A stretch of 64,000 nt of DNA, from assembly GCA_964016885.1 (NCBI GenBank), contig OZ024744.1, forward strand, positions 4,402,001 to 4,466,000, given 5' to 3'. Under the pieces are notes generated by a model that saw only the letters and a list, made by a program, of their open reading frames with translations, had not been told where the DNA came from and ran no database searches. Within the stretch, counting starts at the first letter, position 1. Every line of letters starts with the position of its first letter. The DNA is from Eledone cirrhosa. Its lineage: Eukaryota. This document shows, in pieces, positions 1 through 9,815 of this stretch. The position numbers and the translations under genes were made by a program.

Positions 1-3000
1 GAGGGAAGACAAGGTAGAGAAAGATAGCTTGGTGAAGAACGAAGTTTTGAGGGAAGACAATGTAGAGAAGGATAGCTTGTGAAGAACGAAGTTTTGGGGG
101 AAGACAAGGTAGAGAAAGATAGCTTGGTGAAGAACGAACGAAGTTTTGAGGGAAGACAAGGTAGAGAAAGATAGCTTGGTGAAGAACGACGTTTCGAGGG
201 AAGACAAAGTAGAGAACGATAGCTTGATGAAGAACGGAGTTTTGAGGGAAGACAAGATAGAGAAAGATAGCTTGGTGAAGAACGAAGTTTTGAGGAAAGA
301 CAAGGTAGAGAAAGATAGTTTGGTGAAGAACGGAGTTTTGGGGGAAAAAAAGGTAGGGAAAGATAGCTTGGTGAAGAACGAAGTTTTGAGGGAAGACAAG
401 GTAGAGAAAGATAGCTTGGTGAAGAACGAAGTTTTGAGGGAAGACAAGGTAGAGAAAGATAGCTTGGTGAAGAACGAAGTTTTGAGGGAAGACAAGGTAG
501 AGAAAGATAGCTTGGTGAGGAACGAAGTTTTGGGGGAAGACAGGGTAGAGAAAGATAGCTTGGTGAAGAACGAAGTTTTGAGGGAAGACAAGGTAGAGAA
601 AGAGAGCTTGGTGAAGAACGAAGTTTTAAGAGAAGAATGGGTAGAGAAAGATAGCTTCGTGAAGAACGACGTTTTGAGGGAAGACAAGGTAGCGAAAGAT
701 AGCTTGGTGAAGAACGACGTTTTGTGGGAAGACAAGGTAGAGAGAGATAGCTTGGTGAAGAACGAAGTTTTGTGGGAAGACAAGGTAGAGAAAGATAGCT
801 TGGTGAAGAACGAAGTTTTGGGGGTAGACAAGGTAGAAAAAGATAGCTTGGTGAAGAACGAAGTTTTGGGGGAAGACAAGGTAGAGAAAGATAGCTTGGT
901 GAAGAATGACGTTTTGAGGGAAGACAAGGTAGAGAAAGATAGCTTGATGAAGAACGAAGTTTTGTGGGAAGACAAGGTAGAGAAAGATAGCTTGGTGAAG
1001 AACGACGTTTTGAGGGAAGACAAGGTAGAGAAAGATAGCTTGATGAAGAACGAAGTTTTGGGGGAAGACAATGTAGAGAAAGATAGCTTGGTGAAGAACG
1101 AAGTTTTGAGGGAAGACAAGGTAGAGAAAGATAGCTTGGTGAATAACGAAGTTTTGAGGGAAGACAAGGTAAAGAAAGATAGCTTGGTGAAGAACGATGT
1201 TTTGGGGGAAGACAAGGTAGAGAAAGATAGCTTGGTGAAGAACGAAGTTTTGAGGGAAGACAAGGTAGAGAAAGATAGCTTGGTGAAGAACGAAGTTTTG
1301 AGGGAAGACAAGGTAGAGAAAGATAGCTTGGTGAAGAACAAAGTTTTGAGGGAAGACAAGGTAGAGAAAGATAGCTTGATCAAGAACGAAGTTTTGAGGG
1401 AAGACAAGGTAGAGAAGGATAGCTTGTGAAGAACGAAGTTTTGGGGGAAGACAAGGTAGAGAAAGATAGCTTGGTGAAGAACGAACGACGTTTTGAGGGA
1501 AGACAAGGTAGAGAAAGATAGCTTGGTGAAGAACGAAGTTTTGAGGGAAGACAAGGTAGAGAAAGATAGTTTGGTGAATAACGAAGTTTTGGGGGGAAAA
1601 AAGGTAGAGAAAGATAGCTTGGTGAAGAACGAAGTTTTGAGGGAAGACAAGGTAGAGAAAGATAGCTTGGTGAAGAACGAAGTTTTGAGGGAAGACAAGG
1701 TAGAGAAAGATAGCTTGATGAAGAACGAAGTTTTGAGGGAAGACAAGGTAGAGAAAGATAGCTTGGTGGAGAACGACGTTTTGAGGGAAGACAAGGTAGA
1801 GAAAGATAGCTTGATGAAGAACGAAGTTTTGTGGGAAGACAAGGTAGAGAAAGATAGCTTGGTGAAGAACGACGTTTTGAGGGAAGACAAGGTAGAGAAA
1901 GATAGCTTGATGAAGAACGAAGTTTTGGGGGAAGACAATGTAGAGAAAGATAGCTTGGTGACGAACGAAGTCTTGAGGGAAGACAAGGTAGAGAAAGATA
2001 GCTTGATGAAGAACGAACGATGTTTTGAGGGAAGACAAAGTAGAGAAAGATAGCTTGGTGAAGAACGAAGTTTTGAGGGAAGACAAGGAATAGAAAGATA
2101 GCTTGATCAAGAACGAAGTTTTGAGGGAAGACAAGGTAGAGAAAGATAGCTTGGTGAAGAACGAAGTTTTGAGGGAAGACAATGTAGAGAAGGATAGCTT
2201 GTGAAGAATGAAGTTTTGGGGGAAGACAAGGTAGAGAAAGATAGCTTGGTGAAGAACGAACGAAGTTTTGAGGGAAGACAAGGTAGAGAAAGATAGCTTG
2301 GTGAAGAACGACGTTTCGAGGGAAGACAAAGTAGAGAACGATAGCTTGATGAAGAACGGAGTTTTGAGGGAAGACAAGATAGAGAAAGATAGCTTGGTGA
2401 AGAACGAAGTTTTGAGGAAAGACAAGGTAGAGAAAGATAGTTTGGTGAAGAACGGAGTTTTGGGGGAAAAAAAGGTAGGGAAAGATAGCTTGGTGAAGAA
2501 CGAAGTTTTGAGGGAAGACAAGGTAGAGAAAGATAGCTTGGTGAAGAACGAAGTTTTGAGGGAAGACAAGGTAGAGAAAGATAGCTTGGTGAAGAACGAA
2601 GTTTTGAGGGAAGACAAGGTAGAGAAAGATAGCTTGGTGAGGAACGAAGTTTTGGGGGAAGACAGGGTAGAGAAAGATAGCTTGGTGAAGAACGAAGTTT
2701 TGAGGGAAGACAAGGTAGAGAAAGAGAGCTTGGTGAAGAACGAAGTTTTAAGAGAAGAATGGGTAGAGAAAGATAGCTTCGTGAAGAACGACGTTTTGAG
2801 GGAAGACAAGGTAGCGAAAGATAGCTTGGTGAAGAACGACGTTTTGTGGGAAGACAAGGTAGAGAGAGATAGCTTGGTGAAGAACGAAGTTTTGTGGGAA
2901 GACAAGGTAGAGAAAGATAGCTTGGTGAAGAACGAAGTTTTGGGGGTAGACAAGGTAGAAAAAGATAGCTTGGTGAAGAACGAAGTTTTGGGGGAAGACA

Positions 3001-6000
3001 AGGTAGAGAAAGATAGCTTGGTGAAGAATGACGTTTTGAGGGAAGACAAGGTAGAGAAAGATAGCTTGATGAAGAACGAAGTTTTGTGGGAAGACAAGGT
3101 AGAGAAAGATAGCTTGGTGAAGAACGACGTTTTGAGGGAAGACAAGGTAGAGAAAGATAGCTTGATGAAGAACGAAGTTTTGGGGGAAGACAATGTAGAG
3201 AAAGATAGCTTGGTGACGAACGAAGTTTTGAGGGAAGACAAGGTATAGAAAGATAGCTTGGTGAAGAACGAAGTTTTGAGGGAAGACAAGGTAGAGAAAG
3301 ATAGCTTGATGAAGAACGAACGATGTTTTGAGGGAAGACAAAGTAGAGAAAGATAGCTTGGTGAAGAACGAAGTTTTGAGGGAAGACAAGGAATAGAAAG
3401 ATAGCTTGATCAAGAACGAAGTTTTGAGGGAAGACAAGGTAGAGAAAGATAGCTTGGTGAAGAACGAAGTTTTGAGGGAAGATAATGTAGAGAAGGATAG
3501 CTTGTGAAGAACGAAGTTTTGGGGGAAGACAAGGTAGAGAAAGATAGCTTGGTGAAGAACGAACGAAGTTTTGAGGGAAGACAAGGTAGAGAAAGATAGC
3601 TTGGTGAAGAACGACGTTTCGAGGGAAGACAAAGTAGAGAACGATAGCTTGATGAATAACGGAGTTTTGAGGGAAGACAAGATAGAGAAAGATAGCTTGG
3701 TGAAGAACGAAGTTTTGAGGAAAGACAAGGTAGAGAAAGATAGTTTGGTGAAGAACGGAGTTTTGGGGGAAAAAAAGGTAGGGAAAGATAGCTTGGTGAA
3801 GAACGAAGTTTTGAGGGAAGACAAGGTAGAGAAAGATAGCTTGGTGAAGAACGAAGTTTTGAGGGAAGACAAGGTAGAGAAAGATAGCTTGGTGAAGAAC
3901 GAAGTTTTGAGGGAAGACAAGGTAGAGAAAGATAGCTTGGTGAGGAACGAAGTTTTGGGGGAAGACAGGGTAGAGAAAGATAGCTTGGTGAAGAACGAAG
4001 TTTTGAGGGAAGACAAGGTAGAGAAAGAGAGCTTGGTGAAGAACGAAGTTTTAAGAGAAGAATGGGTAGAGAAAGATAGCTTCGTGAAGAACGACGTTTT
4101 GAGGGAAGACAAGGTAGCGAAAGATAGCTTGGTGAAGAACGACGTTTTGTGGGAAGACAAGGTAGAGAGAGATAGCTTGGTGAAGAACGAAGTTTTGTGG
4201 GAAGACAAGGTAGAGAAAGATAGCTTGGTGAAGAACGAAGTTTTGGGGGTAGACAAGGTAGAAAAAGATAGCTTGGTGAAGAACGAAGTTTTGGGGGAAG
4301 ACAAGGTAGAGAAAGATAGCTTGGTGAAGAATGACGTTTTGAGGGAAGACAAGGTAGAGAAAGATAGCTTGATGAAGAACGAAGTTTTGTGGGAAGACAA
4401 GGTAGAGAAAGATAGCTTGGTGACGAACGAAGTTTTGAGGGAAGACAAGGTAGAGAAAGATAGCTTGGTGAAGAACGAAGTTTTGAGGGAAGACAAGGTA
4501 GAGAAAGATAGCTTGGTGAATAACGAAGTTTTGAGGGAAGACAAGGTAAAGAAAGATAGCTTGGTGAAGAACGATGTTTTGGGGGAAGACAAGGTAGAGA
4601 AAGATAGCTTGGTGAAGAACGAAGTTTTGAGGGAAGACAAGGTAGAGAAAGATAGCTTGGTGAAGAACGAAGTTTTGAGGGAAGACAAGGTAGAGAAAGA
4701 TAGCTTGGTGAAGAACAAAGTTTTGAGGGAAGACAAGGTAGAGAAAGATAGCTTGATCAAGAACGAAGTTTTGAGGGAAGACAAGGTAGAGAAGGATAGC
4801 TTGTGAAGAACGAAGTTTTGGGGGAAGACAAGGTAGAGAAAGATAGCTTGGTGAAGAACGAACGACGTTTTGAGGGAAGACAAGGTAGAGAAAGATAGCT
4901 TGGTGAAGAACGAAGTTTTGAGGGAAGACAAGGTAGAGAAAGATAGTTTGGTGAATAACGAAGTTTTGGGGGGAAAAAAGGTAGAGAAAGATAGCTTGGT
5001 GAAGAACGAAGTTTTGAGGGAAGACAAGGTAGAGAAAGATAGCTTGGTGAAGAACGAAGTTTTGAGGGAAGACAAGGTAGAGAAAGATAGCTTGATGAAG
5101 AACGAAGTTTTGAGGGAAGACAAGGTAGAGAAAGTTAGCTTGGTGAAGAACGAAGTTTTGAGGGAAGACAAGGTAGAGTAAGATAGCTTGGTGAAGAACG
5201 AAGTTTTGAGGGAAGACAAGGTAGAGAAAGATAGCTTGGTGAAGAACGAAGTTTTGAGGGAAGACAAGGTAGAGAAAGATAGCTTGTTGAAGAACGAAGT
5301 TTTGAGGGAAGACAAGGTAGAGAAAGATAGCTTGATGAAGAACGAAGTTTTGGGGGAAGACAATGTAGAGAAAGATAGCTTGGTGACGAACGAAGTTTTG
5401 AGGGAAGACAAGGTAGAGAAAGATAGCTTGGTGAAGAACGAAGTTTTGAGGGAAGACAAGGTAGAGAAAGATAGCTTGATGAAGAACGAACGATGTTTTG
5501 AGGGAAGACAAAGTAGAGAAAGATAGCTTGGTGAAGAACGAAGTTTTGAGGGAAGACAAGGAATAGAAAGATAGCTTGATCAAGAACGAAGTTTTGAGGG
5601 AAGACAAGGTAGAGAAAGATAGCTTGGTGAAGAACGAAGTTTTGAGGGAAGACAATGTAGAGAAGGATAGCTTGTGAAGAACGAAGTTTTGGGGGAAGAC
5701 AAGGTAGAGAAAGATAGCTTGGTGAAGAACGAACGAAGTTTTGAGGGAAGACAAGGTAGAGAAAGATAGCTTGGTGAAGAACGACGTTTCGAGGGAAGAC
5801 AAAGTAGAGAACGATAGCTTGATGAATAACGGAGTTTTGAGGGAAGACAAGATAGAGAAAGATAGCTTGGTGAAGAACGAAGTTTTGAGGAAAGACAAGG
5901 TAGAGAAAGATAGTTTGGTGAAGAACGGAGTTTTGGGGGAAAAAAAGGTAGGGAAAGATAGCTTGGTCAAGAACGAAGTTTTGAGGGAAGACAAGGTAGA

Positions 6001-7130
6001 GAAAGATAGCTTGGTGAAGAACGAAGTTTTGAGGGAAGACAAGGTAGAGAAAGATAGCTTGGTGAAGAACGAAGTTTTGAGGGAAGACAAGGTAGAGAAA
6101 GATAGCTTGGTGAGGAACGAAGTTTTGGGGGAAGACAGGGTAGAGAAAGATAGCTTGGTGAAGAACGAAGTTTTGAGGGAAGACAAGGTAGAGAAAGAGA
6201 GCTTGGTGAAGAACGAAGTTTTAAGAGAAGAATGGGTAGAGAAAGATAGCTTCGTGAAGAACGACGTTTTGAGGGAAGACAAGGTAGCGAAAGATAGCTT
6301 GGTGAAGAACGACGTTTTGTGGGAAGACAAGGTAGAGAGAGATAGCTTGGTGAAGAACGAAGTTTTGTGGGAAGACAAGGTAGAGAAAGATAGCTTGGTG
6401 AAGAACGAAGTTTTGGGGGTAGACAAGGTAGAAAAAGATAGCTTGGTGAAGAACGAAGTTTTGGGGGAAGACAAGGTAGAGAAAGATAGCTTGGTGAAGA
6501 ATGACGTTTTGAGGGAAGACAAGGTAGAGAAAGATAGCTTGATGAAGAACGAAGTTTTGTGGGAAGACAAGGTAGAGAAAGATAGCTTGGTGAAGAACGA
6601 CGTTTTGAGGGAAGACAAGGTAGAGAAAGATAGCTTGATGAAGAACGAAGTTTTGGGGGAAGACAATGTAGAGAAAGATAGCTTGGTGACGAACGAAGTT
6701 TTGAGGGAAGACAAGGTAGAGAAAGATAGCTTGGTGAAGAACGAAGTTTTGAGGGAAGACAAGGTAGAGAAAGATAGCTTGGTGAATAACGAAGTTTTGA
6801 GGGAAGACAAGGTAAAGAAAGATAGCTTGGTGAAGAACGATGTTTTGGGGGAAGACAAGGTAGAGAAAGATAGCTTGGTGAAGAACGAAGTTTTGAGGGA
6901 AGACAAGGTAGAGAAAGATAGCTTGGTGAAGAACGAAGTTTTGAGGGAAGACAAGGTAGAGAAAGATAGCTTGGTGAAGAACAAAGTTTTGAGGGAAGAC
7001 AAGGTAGAGAAAGATAGCTTGATCAAGAACGAAGTTTTGAGGGAAGACAAGGTAGAGAAGGATAGCTTGTGAAAAACGAAGTTTTGGGGGAAGACAAGGT
7101 AGAGAAAGATAGCTTGGTGAAGAACGAACG
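1..7130. repeat. Higher-order block: four near-identical copies of a ~1 kb ordered variant cassette (starts 146, 2268, 3571, 5741)
   Basis: The same ordered series of variants (TTTCGAGG, AAGATA, AGGAAAGAC, GTAGGG, GTGAGG, TTAAGAGAAGAATGG, TTCGTG, GTAGCG, GGGGTAGAC, AATGAC) recurs at spacings of 2122, 1303 and 2170 bp. The ORF-track translations at these starts are nearly identical over their first ~280 aa. Confidence 0.9.
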
Positions 7131-9815
7131 ACGTTTTGAGGGAAGACAAGGTAGAGAAAGATAGCTTGGTGAAGAACGAAGTTTTGAGGGAAGACAAGGT
7201 AGAGAAAGATAGTTTGGTGAATAACGAAGTTTTGGGGGGAAAAAAGGTAGAGAAAGATAGCTTGGTGAAGAACGAAGTTTTGAGGGAAGACAAGGTAGAG
7301 AAAGATAGCTTGGTGAAGAACGAAGTTTTGAGGGAAGACAAGGTAGAGAAAGATAGCTTGATGAAGAACGAAGTTTTGAGGGAAGACAAGGTAGAGAAAG
7401 TTAGCTTGGTGAAGAACGAAGTTTTGAGGGAAGACAAGGTAGAGTAAGATAGCTTGGTGAAGAACGAAGTTTTGAGGGAAGACAAGGTAGAGAAAGATAG
7501 CTTGGTGAAGAACGAAGTTTTGAGGGAAGACAAGGTAGAGAAAGATAGCTTGTTGAAGAACGAAGTTTTGAGGGAAGACAAGGTAGAGAAAGATAGCTTG
7601 ATCAAGAACGGAGTTTTGAGGGAAGACAAGGTAGAGAAGGATAGCTTGTGAAGTACGAAGTTTTGGGGGAAGACAAGGTAAAGAAAGATGGCTTGGTGAA
7701 GAACGAACGACGTTTTGAGGGAAGACAAGGTAGAGAAAGATAGCTAGGTGAAGAACGACGTTTTGAGGGAAGACAAAGTAGAGAACGATAGCTTGATGAA
7801 GAACGGAGTTTTGAGGGAAGACAAGGTAGAGAAAGATAGCTTGGTGAAGAACGAAGTTTTGAGGGAAGACAAGGTAGAGAAAGATAGCTTGATCAAGAAC
7901 GAAGTTTTGAGGGAAGACAAGGTAGAGAAGGATAGCTTGTGAAGAACGAAGTTTTGGGGGAAGACAAGGTAGAGAAAGATAGCTTGGTGAAGAACGAACG
8001 ACGTTTTGAGGGAAGACAAGGTAGAGAAAGATAGCTAGGTGAAGAACGACGTTTTGAGGGAAGACAAAGTAGAGAACGATAGCTTGATGAAGAACGGAGT
8101 TTTGAGGGAAGACAAGGTAGAGAAAGATAGCTTGGTGAAGAACGAAGTTTTGAGGGAAGACAAGGTAGAGAAAGATAGTTTGGTGAATAACGAAGTTTTG
8201 GGGGGAAAAAAGGTAGAGAAAGATAGCTTGGTGAAGAACGAAGTTTTGAGGGAAGACAAGGTAGAGAAAGATAGCTTGGTGAAGAACGAAGTTTTGAGGG
8301 AAGACAAGGTAGAGAAAGATAGCTTGATGAAGAACGAAGTTTTGAGGGAAGACAAGGTAGAGAAAGTTAGCTTGGTGAAGAACGAAGTTTTGAGGGAAGA
8401 CAAGGTAGAGTAAGATAGCTTGGTGAAGAACGAAGTTTTGAGGGAAGACAAGGTAGAGAAAGATAGCTTGGTGAAGAACGAAGTTTTGAGGGAAGACAAG
8501 GTAGAGAAAGATAGCTTGATGAAGAACGAAGTTTTGAGGGAAGACAAGGTAGAGAAAGATAGCTTGATCAAGAACGAAGTTTTGAGGGAAGACAAGGTAG
8601 AGAAGGATAGCTTGTGAAGAACGAAGTTTTGGGGGAAGACAAGGTAAAGAAAGATGGCTTGGTGAAGAACGAACGACGTTTTGAGGGAAGACAAGGTAGA
8701 GAAAGATAGCTAGGTGAAGAACGACGTTTTGAGGGAAGACAAAGTAGAGAACGATAGCTTGATGAAGAACGGAGTTTTGAGGGAAGACAAGGTAGAGAAA
8801 GATAGCTTGGTGAAGAACGAAGTTTTGAGGGAAGACAAGGTAGAGAAAGATAGCTTGATCAAGAACGAAGTTTTGAGGGAAGACAAGGTAGAGAAGGATA
8901 GCTTGTGAAGAACGAAGTTTTGGGGGAAGACAAGGTAGAGAAAGATAGCTTGGTGAAGAACGAACGACGTTTTGAGGGAAGACAAGGTAGAGAAAGATAG
9001 CTAGGTGAAGAACGACGTTTTGAGGGAAGACAAAGTAGAGAACGATAGCTTGATGAAGAACGGAGTTTTGAGGGAAGACAAGGTAGAGAAAGATAGCTTG
9101 GTGAAGAACGAAGTTTTGAGGGAAGACAAGGTAGAGAAAGATAGTTTGGTGAATAACGAAGTTTTGGGGGGAAAAAAGGTAGAGAAAGATAGCTTGGTGA
9201 AGAACGAAGTTTTGAGGGAAGACAAGGTAGAGAAAGATAGCTTGGTGAAGAACGAAGTTTTGAGGGAAGACAAGGTAGAGAAAGATAGCTTGATGAAGAA
9301 CGAAGTTTTGAGGGAAGACAAGGTAGAGAAAGTTAGCTTGGTGAAGAACGAAGTTTTGAGGGAAGACAAGGTAGAGTAAGATAGCTTGGTGAAGAACGAA
9401 GTTTTGAGGGAAGACAAGGTAGAGAAAGATAGCTTGGTGAAGAACGAAGTTTTGAGGGAAGACAAGGTAGAGAAAGATAGCTTGATGAAGAACGAAGTTT
9501 TGAGGGAAGACAAGGTAGAGAAAGATAGCTTGATCAAGAACGAAGTTTTGAGGGAAGACAAGGTAGAGAAGGATAGCTTGTGAAGAACGAAGTTTTGGGG
9601 GAAGACAAGGTAAAGAAAGATGGCTTGGTGAAGAACGAACGACGTTTTGAGGGAAGACAAGGTAGAGAAAGATAGCTAGGTGAAGAACGACGTTTTGAGG
9701 GAAGACAAAGTAGAGAACGATAGCTTGATGAAGAACGGAGTTTTGAGGGAAGACAAGGTAGAGAAAGATAGCTTGGTGAAGAACGAAGTTTTGAGGGAAG
9801 ACAAGGTAGAGAAAG
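7130..9815. repeat. 966-bp (20-monomer) higher-order repeat, ~2.8 copies
   Basis: The GAGTAAGAT marker T falls at 7445, 8411 and 9377. ORF pairs 7748/8714, 8039/9005 and 7454/8420/9386 are all offset by 966, which equals 20x48 + 2x(+4-1). Confidence 0.92.

Noticed and set aside
49-195. 47+52+48 = 147 bp as a nucleosome-positioning unit
   Set aside because: This is a numerical coincidence without support. The landmark is irregularly spaced, and MNase phasing data would be needed.
330-365. G-quadruplex, triplex or hairpin-forming elements
   Set aside because: There is only one run of three or more G per monomer, spaced ~48 bp apart. Purine tracts are interrupted by pyrimidines, and there are no substantial inverted repeats beyond 4-6 bp palindromes.
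146-7072. Plus-strand E/K/D-rich repeat ORFs as a surface-antigen or coiled-coil gene family
   Set aside because: There is no signal peptide, anchor, unique flank or intergenic sequence. ORF ends are simply amplified nonsense or frameshift variants.
5170-7750. Stop-codon reassignment or programmed readthrough/frameshifting giving one giant protein
   Set aside because: TAA (GAGTAA), TAG (AGCTAG, GAATAG, GTGTAG) and TGA (TTGTGA) all interrupt the + frame, and unpaired indels shift the frame repeatedly. No single recoding rule restores continuity.
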